Below, one piece after another: positions 47,778 through 57,542 of a stretch of 64,000 nt of DNA; within the stretch, counting starts at the first letter, position 1, and the number at the start of each line of letters is the position of its first letter. Location of the stretch: contig JAJDCB010000030.1 of assembly GCA_029261065.1 (NCBI GenBank), forward strand, positions 196,876 through 260,875. The letters run 5' to 3'. A program made the position numbers and the translations under genes. The notes beneath the pieces are model-generated. The model saw only the letters and a list, made by a program, of their open reading frames with translations, searched no databases and had not been told where the DNA came from. This DNA comes from Candidatus Omnitrophota bacterium. GTDB taxonomy: Bacteria > Omnitrophota > Gorgyraeia > Zapsychrales > Zapsychraceae.

Positions 47778-47852
47778 TTTAGGAATTTCGAAGCTTTAAC
47801 GAAATTCCAGGTTGGCTTAATACCTTAGATAATTGAGTCCAGAGGTTCATAC
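47777..47852 (+). repeat. ~85-nt conserved element with perfect hairpin GGAATTTCG-N-CGAAATTCC (copy 1)
   Basis: second copy at 62127-62217 has the same orientation and a shared GAGTCCAGA...TTCATAC tail. Confidence 0.7.
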
Positions 47853-47876
47853 TTTTAATTAAAGAAGGAGATGAGA

Positions 47877-48458
47877 ATGGGAACAGTGATTGTTGTTTTA
47901 GCAGTATTATTTTTTATTGTTGTCGGTTTAATTATGTACGGCGTCTCGATCTATAATGGCTTGATTAGTCTTTTTCATAATGTGGATAAGGCTTGGTCGA
48001 ATATTGATGTGTTGCTTAAGCAGCGGCATGATGAGATTCCGAAGTTGATTAAGGTGTGTGAAGGGTATATGAAGCATGAACGCGATACGCTTGAAAGTAT
48101 TACTAAAGCGCGTACAAGTTGTATAAACGCGGGAAGTGTTGGGGAATCAGCGCAATCAGAGGGTATGCTAACTCAGGCTTTGAAATCTTTATTTGCAGTG
48201 GCGGAAAATTATCCGGATCTTAAGGCGAATACAGGGTTTTTACAGCTTCAGGATCGGGTTAGTTATTTGGAAAGTCAAATCGCTGATCGACGTGAAATGT
48301 ATAACGATTCCACAAATAACTACAATATCCGGATTCATCAAATTCCAGATATGTTTGTCGCGGGCATGATGAATATGAAGGATAAAGAATTGTTTAAGGT
48401 CTCAGAGACAGATCGTCAGGATGTGGATATTAAATTTAATTTTCCAGATGGTAAATAG
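47877..48458 (+). CDS. lemA: LemA family protein
   Basis: N-terminal TM then LemA-like ...NIDVLLKQRHDEIPKL...AENYPDLKAN. Confidence 0.75.
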   Translation: MGTVIVVLAVLFFIVVGLIMYGVSIYNGLISLFHNVDKAWSNIDVLLKQRHDEIPKLIKVCEGYMKHERDTLESITKARTSCINAGSVGESAQSEGMLTQALKSLFAVAENYPDLKANTGFLQLQDRVSYLESQIADRREMYNDSTNNYNIRIHQIPDMFVAGMMNMKDKELFKVSETDRQDVDIKFNFPDGK

Positions 48459-48482
48459 TGGCGTTATAAACTTCGTTTGGGA

Positions 48483-48524
48483 TTATAATTAACAGGAAGG
48501 TGTTTTTTGGGTATACTTAATTAA
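48483..48524 (+). promoter_or_regulatory. conserved promoter/operator motif (copy 2)
   Basis: TTATAATTAACAGG-N15-TATACTTAATTA, followed by CCCCGCCTTTGGCGGGG hairpin in the leader. Confidence 0.5.
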
Positions 48525-48625
48525 AGGTATTTGGTTAATACCCCGCCTTTGGCGGGGTCAATTCGTGCTTCTAGTTTATGCCTCCTTTGGTCGCATAAAC
48601 TAAGCTTTCATTGAGGAGATTCAAA

Positions 48626-49105
48626 GTGCAAAGGTCACATACGGTTTTAAAAAAAGCGATCAATAAGGTTGGGGTTAAGGCATTGGCTGCGAAATTGGGG
48701 GTGTCTCAGACGCTTGTTTATAAATGGTGTCAGCCCTCAGTGCATGAAGAGAGTCCAGATCTCTATGATGTGAGTGGGGCGCAAAATCCGTTGGATCGGT
48801 TAAGAAAGGTTTATGAATATACCAAAGATCCTGAAATCATTAATTGGATTTGTAAATTAGCTGATGGTTATTATGTGAAGAACCCTACTCTAAATAAGAA
48901 AAGCCATGAAACGGTTGTGGTTAAAAACACACAAAAGCTTATTAAAGAATTTTCAGAAACATTGGCAGCGATTTCAACATCTTACAGCGTTGATAAGAAA
49001 ATTACGGCTAAAGAGGCTAAGGTGATTCGTAAGGAATGGGAGGATTTGAAGAGGATTGGAGAAGGATTTGTGAAGGCGTGTGAGATGGGGAAGTTTGATA
49101 AGTAG
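48626..49105 (+). CDS. lambda CII-like HTH DNA-binding protein
   Basis: ALAAKLGVSQTLVYKWC resembles the CII HTH (AEKLGVDKSQISRWK); GTG start with GAGGAG RBS. Confidence 0.5.
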   Translation: MQRSHTVLKKAINKVGVKALAAKLGVSQTLVYKWCQPSVHEESPDLYDVSGAQNPLDRLRKVYEYTKDPEIINWICKLADGYYVKNPTLNKKSHETVVVKNTQKLIKEFSETLAAISTSYSVDKKITAKEAKVIRKEWEDLKRIGEGFVKACEMGKFDK

Positions 49106-49119
49106 TCAGCTCGCAGGAA

Positions 49120-49270
49120 GGTTCCCGCTGGAGTTTACCCCATAGGATTTCCGTTTTCACGGGAATGACATAAGGGACGGGAATGACACGATTACTTTTA
49201 ATATTTGTAGAAAACAAAAATGTTATCCCCGCCCCATTTGTCATTCCCGCAAAAGCGGGAATCCATTAAT
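49120..49270. repeat. REP-like element family A cluster
   Basis: GGATTTCCGTTTTCACGGGAATGACA...GGGAATGACACG...GTCATTCCCGCAAAAGCGGGAATCC. Confidence 0.85.
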
Positions 49271-49290
49271 AATTATAGAAGGAGTAAACC

Positions 49291-49749
49291 ATGGACATAG
49301 AAATTTTTAAAAACCCCATTCTCATCTGGTTTTTCGTAGGCGCATTTATTTTCTTACTAGAGTTCGCAGCTCCTGGCTTGATTCTTTTTTTCTTTGGAAT
49401 CGGTGCCTGGGTGGTTGCTCTATTGCTTATTGTTTGGAAAGTCTCTATTAATGTTCAACTTGTAGTGTTTTTGATTACATCAATTTTATCACTGATTCTT
49501 TTTCGTAAGATGCTAAAAGAGGCATTTCATGGCCATGTGAAAGGAAAACAAGCTTTAGAAGATGATTATAGTGATTTTATTGGACAAAAAGCAGAAGTAA
49601 GCGAAAAGATTGTTCATAATAAATCAGGAACAGTTGAGTTTAAGGGCGTTGTGTGGAAGGCAGTCGCAGATGAAGCGATTCCTGCTGGAACACGAGTGGA
49701 GATTATCAGTAAAGATAATTTAACATTGAAGGTTAAGCCGTTGGCATAG
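49291..49749 (+). CDS. NfeD-like membrane protein (short form)
   Basis: two N-terminal TM helices + C-terminal beta domain; precedes an SPFH gene. Confidence 0.7.
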   Translation: MDIEIFKNPILIWFFVGAFIFLLEFAAPGLILFFFGIGAWVVALLLIVWKVSINVQLVVFLITSILSLILFRKMLKEAFHGHVKGKQALEDDYSDFIGQKAEVSEKIVHNKSGTVEFKGVVWKAVADEAIPAGTRVEIISKDNLTLKVKPLA

Positions 49750-49778
49750 ACCGTTAATTAAGTGAAGGAGGTTGTATC

Positions 49779-50726
49779 ATGGGTGCATTTACAGTTATTT
49801 TTATAGGAATGTGTGTTTTTGCGATTATTCTCGCATTTATGTCCCTTTTGGTTGTTCCTCAAAAACAGGCTGTTATTGTGGAGCATTTGGGTAAGTATCG
49901 AGCGACATTGTTAGCAGGGTTTCATATTCTGATTCCTTTTTTGGATCGCGTCGGATATCGTCATACATTAAAAGAACAAACCATTGATGTCCCGCCACAA
50001 AGTTGTATTACAAAAGATAATATTGCTGTTACAGTAGATGGTATTTTGTATTTACAGGTGATGGATCCAAAGAAAGCGTCATATGGGATTAATGATTATC
50101 AATTTGCTTCTATTCAAATTGCACAAACAACAATGCGTAGTATTATTGGAAAGATGGAGTTGGATAAAACATTTGAGGAACGAGAAACGATTAATGCGAC
50201 AATCGTTCAAGCTGTTGATAAGGCTTCAGATCCTTGGGGTGTTAAGATTACACGTTATGAGATAAAAAATATTGTTCCTCCACAAAGTATTAAAGACGCG
50301 ATGGAGAAGCAAATGCGTGCCGAACGTGAGAAGCGCGCTCTTATCGCTGAGTCTGAAGGGGATAAGCAAGCTAAAATTAATCGTGCAGAAGGACAAAAAG
50401 AAGAAACCATTCGTTATTCTGAGGCTGAAAAGCTTAAACGTATTAATGAAGCGGAGGGTAGTGCTTTTGAAATTGAGCGCGTGGCAGGTGCAACTGCAAA
50501 AGGGATACGTGAGATTGCTCTTGCGATCAATGAAAAGGGAGGAACAGATGCTGTTAACTTACGCGTTGCTGAACAGTATTTAGAGCAATTTGGAAAGTTG
50601 GCACATAAAAATAATACGATGATTATTCCTACTAATCTTTCTGATGTTGCCGGTATTGTTGCTGCGGCAAATAGCGTGTTTGTAAAGACATCTGGAAAGA
50701 ACATTAAGCCATTAGAAAGTAAATAA
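49779..50726 (+). CDS. SPFH/band 7 (stomatin/prohibitin-like) protein
   Basis: N-terminal TM, SPFH core, Glu/Lys-rich coiled-coil region. Confidence 0.8.
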   Translation: MGAFTVIFIGMCVFAIILAFMSLLVVPQKQAVIVEHLGKYRATLLAGFHILIPFLDRVGYRHTLKEQTIDVPPQSCITKDNIAVTVDGILYLQVMDPKKASYGINDYQFASIQIAQTTMRSIIGKMELDKTFEERETINATIVQAVDKASDPWGVKITRYEIKNIVPPQSIKDAMEKQMRAEREKRALIAESEGDKQAKINRAEGQKEETIRYSEAEKLKRINEAEGSAFEIERVAGATAKGIREIALAINEKGGTDAVNLRVAEQYLEQFGKLAHKNNTMIIPTNLSDVAGIVAAANSVFVKTSGKNIKPLESK

Positions 50727-50861
50727 ATTAAAAATGAATTCTATCATTTTAAACCACCATAACATTTATTGTTATGGTGGTTTTTTTATGTGAAAGAAGT
50801 ATTCTTTTGTTTTGTGTTTAGTGGTATATTGAATTTATTCATAACTTATCAAGGAATAATA

Positions 50862-51233
50862 GTGAAGCGTATTGTAATAGTGGAAGATGATGATGACATT
50901 AGGGAATTATTCCAAAAAAAATTGGAACGAGCAGGTTATGGGGTGAGTATTGCTTGTAATGGTGTAGAGGCAAGTCGCTTATACAAGAATGAATCTCCTG
51001 ATTTAGTCATTACAGATATCATCATGCCTGAAAAGGATGGTGTTGAAGTTATTATGGAGCTAAAAAAGGATTTGCCAGAGGTAAAAATATTAGCCATATC
51101 CGGTGGAGGCTGCAAAGCTGGTCACGCTGTTGATTTTCTAAATATGGCAGAAGGCATGGGAGTTGATTTAGTGCTCGCCAAACCAATTAATCCCGATAAA
51201 TTATTAGATGAAGTAAAAAAACTTTTAGCTTAA
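50862..51233 (+). CDS. single-domain response regulator (CheY-like)
   Basis: VKRIVIVEDDDDIREL...DLVITDIIMPEKDG...; GTG start preferred over the upstream hydrophobic extension. Confidence 0.65.
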   Translation: MKRIVIVEDDDDIRELFQKKLERAGYGVSIACNGVEASRLYKNESPDLVITDIIMPEKDGVEVIMELKKDLPEVKILAISGGGCKAGHAVDFLNMAEGMGVDLVLAKPINPDKLLDEVKKLLA

Positions 51234-51294
51234 GTGTAGTTTAGGCTTCTATTAGAGACACCTCCACACAATTTGTACTTCCGAGACTTATTAA

Positions 51295-53361
51295 ATGAAA
51301 AAATATATTTTCAGTATACTACTTATATTGATGCTGATGGGCTGTGCAACGATGACATCTCAAGATAAACGAGACCCTCGTGATGTTGTTAAGGTTTGGG
51401 TTAAGCAAACTGCTGCTGTTACGGTTGACGAGGCTTATAGTGATGGACAAGAATTATATGTCAACTTCAATTCTTTGTTAAAAGATAGTAGTCACCAAAA
51501 AGGTTTCTACGCGTATGCCAACCTAGATCCCAATGAGAATAAGAATGTTGATTTTACCAAGAATCTTGCCGTGTCTATTGATATCATATCCTTTGATCAA
51601 TGGAAGCAAAAAGGATCTCAGTTACAGAAATTAGTTAGTTTAGATAATACGTATTGGCTGGAATATCGAAAATACTTATCAAAGAATATTGCCATCAATG
51701 AAAAGAATGTTGGTGTTGTTGTGCGCAATGATGAGGAGGAGTTGATTTTCTATTATGATGAAAATCAAGAGCTTGTTGTTAAAGATCTCGTTGAGAAGCC
51801 AGTTGAGGTTATTGTGCGAAAGATATTATCGCAAATTAAATTACGTGAGATTGTTCTTTCTTCGATGGAGGATTTTTTAAAGAGTAAAAAAAATGATAGT
51901 ACTCGCATACTTATGACTATGAGTTTAGAAGATGATTATACGAATCCTTTTTTATTTGTTGATTTAGAAAACAAGGTCGTGGCAAGTTTAAAGTTTAAAA
52001 CATCAACAAAAAATAAACATCATGAAAATGTTTTTCGTAAGAGTGTTAAGTCTGTCGATTATTTGATTGAGAGTAATATCCTTGGCGTAATTACAAGACC
52101 TGTTTCCACAACGTATCGTTTATTGTCTTGGACAAAAGGAACGACCTCAGATATTGTTATTCCCTCTTCCATAAGACTTCCTAATAATGCAAAGATTGCG
52201 TCTATTTATGAAGGCCATTCTATGGATTTAGAAGTCTTTGAAAAGAAGTTGGACAATTTAGTTAAGAGCAAACGTTCATCGGGGGTTATTCAATTTTATA
52301 TTGGCGGTGATGAATATTTTCCTCGATTAATTGAGGCTTTTATTGGCGCTAAGAAATCTATTAATTTACGAACCTTTATTTTTGATAATGATGATTATGC
52401 CGTTGAGATTGCTGATGTCCTTAAGAAGAAGTCTCTTGAAAAAGGTGTGAAAGTAAAGGTGTTATTAGATGGGATGGGACAGATTATGGGGGAGGGAAAA
52501 ATTGCTGATGATTTACCGCCGGACTTTGTATCGCCCGTTTCTATTGAAAAATATTTGCTTAAAGATTCAAAAGTTAAAGTGCATGTTCGATCTTCTGCTT
52601 TATTTAAAGCTGATCATACCAAGACCACAACTATTGATGAGGATTTAAGTTTTACAGGAGGGATGAATATTGGCCGTGAATATCGTTATGATTGGCATGA
52701 TTTGATGATGGAGGTGCGTGGACCCATTGTTGGTGAAATCCTTAAAGACTTTAATTATGGTTGGGCTTATGCAAGCAAATGGGGGGATATTGGTTACTTA
52801 AAACAACGCTTTTTTAAAAGTGATGAGATAGTTGAAGGCGAAGGTTATCCTATCCGAGCGCTTTATACTAAACCCAATGACCCGCAAATTTTTAGAGCAC
52901 AGATTTTGGCTATACGTGAAGCTAAAAAGTACATATATGTTCATAACGCGTATTTTTCAGATAATGCTATTTTAGGTGAACTTATTAAGGCTCGCAAAAG
53001 AGGTGTTGATGTGCGTGTTATTTTACCCGTAAATGGCAATCATGAAATTATGAATGCGAGTAACGTGGTGACGGCTAATATTATGTTTGAGAAAGGTATT
53101 CGCGTCTATTTTTATCCAGGTATGTCTCATGTGAAGGCTGCTATTTATGATGGTTGGTTGTGTACGGGATCGGCAAATTTTGATAAATTAAGTTTTCGAG
53201 ATAATATCGAATTTAATCTTGCCACATCTGATCCGGAGTCAGTCAATTATCTTAAAGAACATCTTTTTGAGAAGGATTTTGTCAAATCATTGGAAATGAC
53301 TCAAACCTTAGAAAGCTCATGGCGTGAACGTTTGGCTGAATTTTTAGCAGAGCAACTTTAA
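51295..53361 (+). CDS. lipoprotein with C-terminal phospholipase D-like domain (two HKD motifs)
   Basis: lipobox LMGCAT; HTKTTTID and HVKAAIYD (HxKx4D) motifs; ~300-aa N-terminal region of unknown type. Confidence 0.7.
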   Translation: MKKYIFSILLILMLMGCATMTSQDKRDPRDVVKVWVKQTAAVTVDEAYSDGQELYVNFNSLLKDSSHQKGFYAYANLDPNENKNVDFTKNLAVSIDIISFDQWKQKGSQLQKLVSLDNTYWLEYRKYLSKNIAINEKNVGVVVRNDEEELIFYYDENQELVVKDLVEKPVEVIVRKILSQIKLREIVLSSMEDFLKSKKNDSTRILMTMSLEDDYTNPFLFVDLENKVVASLKFKTSTKNKHHENVFRKSVKSVDYLIESNILGVITRPVSTTYRLLSWTKGTTSDIVIPSSIRLPNNAKIASIYEGHSMDLEVFEKKLDNLVKSKRSSGVIQFYIGGDEYFPRLIEAFIGAKKSINLRTFIFDNDDYAVEIADVLKKKSLEKGVKVKVLLDGMGQIMGEGKIADDLPPDFVSPVSIEKYLLKDSKVKVHVRSSALFKADHTKTTTIDEDLSFTGGMNIGREYRYDWHDLMMEVRGPIVGEILKDFNYGWAYASKWGDIGYLKQRFFKSDEIVEGEGYPIRALYTKPNDPQIFRAQILAIREAKKYIYVHNAYFSDNAILGELIKARKRGVDVRVILPVNGNHEIMNASNVVTANIMFEKGIRVYFYPGMSHVKAAIYDGWLCTGSANFDKLSFRDNIEFNLATSDPESVNYLKEHLFEKDFVKSLEMTQTLESSWRERLAEFLAEQL

Positions 53362-53469
53362 GAACGGGTATACAAAATTTATTAATTCCATATTGTGTAA
53401 CCCTTATTCTTGGAATATTATAGATAAAGACGAGAATTGAAGATTTGGCGTTATTTAAGGAGAGTCTAA

Positions 53470-53907
53470 ATGGATAAGAAAGTGTTATTTGTCGAAGATG
53501 AGGATGTCATTCGAGAAATGGCCGGAAATAAATTGAAACGTGAAGGTTATGAGGTTTTTGTAGCGGCTGATGGTGTTGAGGCTTTGGAATTAGTTGAGAA
53601 GAACGACCCGGATCTTATTATTACGGATGTCGTTATGCCGCGAATGGATGGATATGAATTTTTTAAAAGTGTTAGATCTGATCCTAGCACAGCAACCATT
53701 CCTTTTATTATATTAACAGCAAGAGGTATGATGGAGGATGCGTTTTTAGCTTTAGGGGCTGAGGAATTTATTGCTAAACCTTTTGCACCAGAAGATCTTT
53801 CCAAGCTTGTTAGTAAAGCGCTAAAGGATTCGAAGAAGGAATATCGTCAAGAAGTAAAAGATAATGCCAATTTAATGAACATAATTAGAAAAAATAAAGA
53901 AGAGTAA
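53470..53907 (+). CDS. single-domain response regulator (CheY-like)
   Basis: MDKKVLFVEDEDVIREM...DLIITDVVMPRMDG...AKPF. Confidence 0.8.
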   Translation: MDKKVLFVEDEDVIREMAGNKLKREGYEVFVAADGVEALELVEKNDPDLIITDVVMPRMDGYEFFKSVRSDPSTATIPFIILTARGMMEDAFLALGAEEFIAKPFAPEDLSKLVSKALKDSKKEYRQEVKDNANLMNIIRKNKEE

Positions 53908-53943
53908 AGGTTTTTTGTTTTTAACACATAAAGGTTTTCATCT

Positions 53944-54972
53944 ATGAGTCCGGCGATGATCGGCATAGTTTTTTGTTTGGCACACTCAGCGCTGTTTTCG
54001 GGGCTTAATCTAGGCTTTTTTGGAGTAAGTCGATTAAGACTTGTTGTGCAAGCGGAAACAGGGGATGCCGATGCCCAACGCATTTTAAGTTTAAGACGAG
54101 ATGCTCATTTGTTGCTGGCTACGTTATTATGGGGTAATGTTGCTAGTAATGTTTTATTAGCGCTATTGGCCGATTCTCTAATGAGCGGTATTGGCGCTTT
54201 TTTCTTCTCCACCATTGGTATCACATTTTTTGGTGAAATCATTCCACAAGCGTATCTTTCCAAAAATGCTTTAAAAGCAAGTGTTGTTTTAGTTCCTATC
54301 GTAAAATTTTATCAAATTATATTATTGCCTATCACGAAGCCTACCGCTTTATTGCTTGATAAGTGGTTGGGTAAAGAAAAAATTAGTTATTTTCAAGAAG
54401 ACGAAATAACGGTTCTCCTTGAAAGACATGCGCAATCCAAATTAACAGATTTGGCGAAGTTAGAGACTTTGGGGGCTGTTAATTTTTTAAAGATCGATGA
54501 TGTCAAAGTTGAGGAAGAAGGAGAGGTTATTAATCCTAAAAGTATCATAACACTTCCTGTTTCGGAAAAAGGATTACCTCTATTTCCAAATTTTGATAAA
54601 GAATCGGACGATTTATTTCTACAAAAAATTCATGCTTCGCAAGAAAAATGGGTGATTATTGTTGATGAAGGTGAAAAGCCTGTATTGGTGCTCAATGCCG
54701 ATCAATTTTTAAGAGATGTCATGTATGGTAAAGAAGTAAAAAGCGTTTATACTTATTGTCATCGTCCCATTATTATTTCTGAGGCTGGCACGAAATTAGG
54801 GGATGTGATGCTCAACTTTAAGGTGCGAGCGGAACATGCTGAGGATGACGTTGTGGATAATGATATTGTGCTGTATTGGAGTCAGCAAAAGCGTATTATT
54901 ACGGGTGCCGACATTTTAGGGCGATTATTAAGAGGTATTGTCAAACGTGATCAGATTACACCGCAAGAATAA
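53944..54972 (+). CDS. DUF21/CNNM-family membrane protein
   Basis: N-terminal DUF21-like 4-TM region (...LLATLLWGNVASNVLLALLAD...); degenerate CBS region. Confidence 0.6.
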   Translation: MSPAMIGIVFCLAHSALFSGLNLGFFGVSRLRLVVQAETGDADAQRILSLRRDAHLLLATLLWGNVASNVLLALLADSLMSGIGAFFFSTIGITFFGEIIPQAYLSKNALKASVVLVPIVKFYQIILLPITKPTALLLDKWLGKEKISYFQEDEITVLLERHAQSKLTDLAKLETLGAVNFLKIDDVKVEEEGEVINPKSIITLPVSEKGLPLFPNFDKESDDLFLQKIHASQEKWVIIVDEGEKPVLVLNADQFLRDVMYGKEVKSVYTYCHRPIIISEAGTKLGDVMLNFKVRAEHAEDDVVDNDIVLYWSQQKRIITGADILGRLLRGIVKRDQITPQE

Positions 54973-55220
54973 AATCTTCAAATGGGTTGTTAAGCGTCAA
55001 CCGATCCATTGCAAAGCATATTATTAATGCCTATCAAGAAGAAATTTGCGTTTCAATCAACTGAAAAAAATTAATTATTTTCTTTCATTTACAAAATATG
55101 ACTGTAAATTGAAGGTAATAGTAAATTATTACTAAAAGCTTTGTAATAATAAGTTGTCTAGATTATTATAATAAATTTATAAGTTTTATTTGAATGTTGA
55201 GAAAACAAAAGGGGAAGGCA

Positions 55221-56567
55221 ATGAAAAAAACTTTAAGTGTTTTAATAGTAATGTGTTTGGCTTTCGTAGCGCCTGCAGATGCTGGGAAGTATATTAATGA
55301 GCATTTACCGGAATGGGTAAATGTAGATGTTCAGTTGCGTCATCGTTATAGTTGGAAAGATAATGCTGACTTTGATGATGGCGTTGATGATGGCAAGGGG
55401 AAACATGAATGGAGGGGTCGACTTAGTATTGCGTTGATGCCTATGGAGAATTTAAAACTTTTTTATCAACTTCAAGATTCTCGTATTTCTCATGACAGTA
55501 AATTATCAACTTCTGTAGCAGGTTTTCAAGACTTTGCTGATACTAGACAACTTTATCTGCAAGTGACAGATATAGCTTCTTTTCTTAATGTTGATTCAAA
55601 CATTGATTATGGGGTTCGGCTGGGACGTCAGGAGTTGTCTTATGGGGCTCAAAGACTTGTAGGTGGATTTAATTGGTCGAACGTTGCTCAGACTTTTGAT
55701 GCCGGTAAGGTCATGCTAAGGTTTGATGATTTAGATCTTACGGTTGACGGTTTTGGTGGTACAAAAACACCAAACAATGCCCCTCGTGAAGCCGATGGGT
55801 TTTTTGATGGTTCTACGCACGATTTGTTGGCTGGTTATTATGCCACTTATAAGGGTGTGGAGAACATGACGATTGAGCAATACTTGTTACATCGTAAAAC
55901 AAACAAAAATATCACATATCGCCCTGGAACAACGGGTGAGCTTGATATTACTACTATAGGTGGTCGTTTTAAGGGAAAAATTGCGGATACACATTTTGAT
56001 TATGAACTGGAGGGAGCCGCTCAATTTGGTGATCATAATAGCTTAGATGTTGAGTCAAAAATGGCAGTGGCCATTTTAGGTTATACTTTTGATCATGATT
56101 GGAAACCTCGATTTGCATTTGAATTTGATTATGGATCAGGAGATACGAATTCTTCTGACCAAACTCAAGGAACATTTGATAATCTTTTTCCAACAAATCA
56201 TCTTCATTTTGGCTATATGGATTTAGCCAGTTTACAAAATATCAATAATTATCGTCTTCAATTAACGGCTAAACCTACAAAGAAGTTGGCGATGCAAGCT
56301 GACCTGCATTTTATCTTTTTGGATACAGCCAAAGATTCACTATTTAATGCCGGTCGTTCTGCTAAACGTACAGCAACAGGAAATGGAACAGGCGAGACGC
56401 ATGTTGGGAATGAGTTGGACCTTAAGGCGAAGTATAAAGTTACAAAATATGCCAATGTATTGGTAGGATACTCTCATTTTTGGGCTGGTGACTTTCTTCA
56501 TGAGTCTGGAAGTGGTGCACAAGATGATGGAGATTATTTTTATATTCAATCTTTATTAAATTTTTAA
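55221..56567 (+). CDS. outer-membrane beta-barrel protein (alginate-export/porin-like)
   Basis: signal peptide; alternating amphipathic strands; C-terminal ...LLNF. Confidence 0.55.
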   Translation: MKKTLSVLIVMCLAFVAPADAGKYINEHLPEWVNVDVQLRHRYSWKDNADFDDGVDDGKGKHEWRGRLSIALMPMENLKLFYQLQDSRISHDSKLSTSVAGFQDFADTRQLYLQVTDIASFLNVDSNIDYGVRLGRQELSYGAQRLVGGFNWSNVAQTFDAGKVMLRFDDLDLTVDGFGGTKTPNNAPREADGFFDGSTHDLLAGYYATYKGVENMTIEQYLLHRKTNKNITYRPGTTGELDITTIGGRFKGKIADTHFDYELEGAAQFGDHNSLDVESKMAVAILGYTFDHDWKPRFAFEFDYGSGDTNSSDQTQGTFDNLFPTNHLHFGYMDLASLQNINNYRLQLTAKPTKKLAMQADLHFIFLDTAKDSLFNAGRSAKRTATGNGTGETHVGNELDLKAKYKVTKYANVLVGYSHFWAGDFLHESGSGAQDDGDYFYIQSLLNF

Positions 56568-56696
56568 ATAAGTTTCATTTTGCCGATTGGATTAAGAAAT
56601 AAGTGCTATTTTTAAGATTGTTACTAAAAATAGTACTTATTTTTTTGAAATTAGAGGAAAGTGGTTATAATATAACTACTATAAAGGAAGTAATGT

Positions 56697-56963
56697 ATGT
56701 CTTATGTTCCAAAGAAAAAGTGTCGTTATTGCGCCAATGAGTTTTCTGGTATGAATGTGGAATGTCCGGAATGCGGGAGTCGAGATCTTATTGAGACAGA
56801 TCTTCATAAGGGAGCTCAAGATTCTCAAGAAACTAAGAATTACTTTGCTCTTGGATTAATCGGAACATTTATTGTGGCAGGTGCAGCATATTACGTTACA
56901 GGAAAAGTGGTAATTTCATTTATTGTCGTTACTGCTTTTGTTGTTTATCAATTAAAGAAATGA
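56697..56963 (+). CDS. zinc-ribbon small membrane protein
   Basis: CRYC...CPECG then a TM helix. Confidence 0.5.
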   Translation: MSYVPKKKCRYCANEFSGMNVECPECGSRDLIETDLHKGAQDSQETKNYFALGLIGTFIVAGAAYYVTGKVVISFIVVTAFVVYQLKK

Positions 56964-56988
56964 GTCAAAGAATAATAAGGAGTATATA

Positions 56989-57414
56989 ATGAAAAATATC
57001 ATCATACTTATGTTTGTTCTAGTCGTAGCAGCTTCAGGTTGTGAAACAATGGGTGAGAAGACCAAAAAAGGGGCTGCCATTGGCGCCATAACTGGGGCGG
57101 CTATTGGAGGAATTGTTGGGTATCAAGATGGTCATGCTTGGGAGGGTGCTCTTATTGGAGGGGCCGCAGGTGGTGTTGGAGGTGGATTGATTGGAAATCA
57201 GATGGAGAAGAATCAGATGGCAACCAATACCGATTATCTTTCTACTGTCCAAATTTCTCAAATGGCTCAAGATAATGTTCCTGATGGGGTTATTATTAGT
57301 GAAATTGATCGAACGAAATCCAAGTATGAGTTAACCTCAGAGGTTATCGACTATTTAGAAGAGAATGGTGTGAGTGATAAAGTTATCGATCATATGCTGG
57401 CAACGGTTAGATAA
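56989..57414 (+). CDS. glycine-zipper lipoprotein
   Basis: lipobox ASGCET; GAAIGAITGAAIGGIVG glycine zipper. Confidence 0.6.
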   Translation: MKNIIILMFVLVVAASGCETMGEKTKKGAAIGAITGAAIGGIVGYQDGHAWEGALIGGAAGGVGGGLIGNQMEKNQMATNTDYLSTVQISQMAQDNVPDGVIISEIDRTKSKYELTSEVIDYLEENGVSDKVIDHMLATVR

Positions 57415-57542
57415 CCTTTTTTAGAAAATTATATAATTGTGGTATCATGAATTAGGGTAGATAAAGACTTATCTACCCTTTTTTTGTTCCGTCAAACGGG
57501 AGAACCTCGGCGTAGCCCAAAGGGCGAAGACGGGTAAATAAA

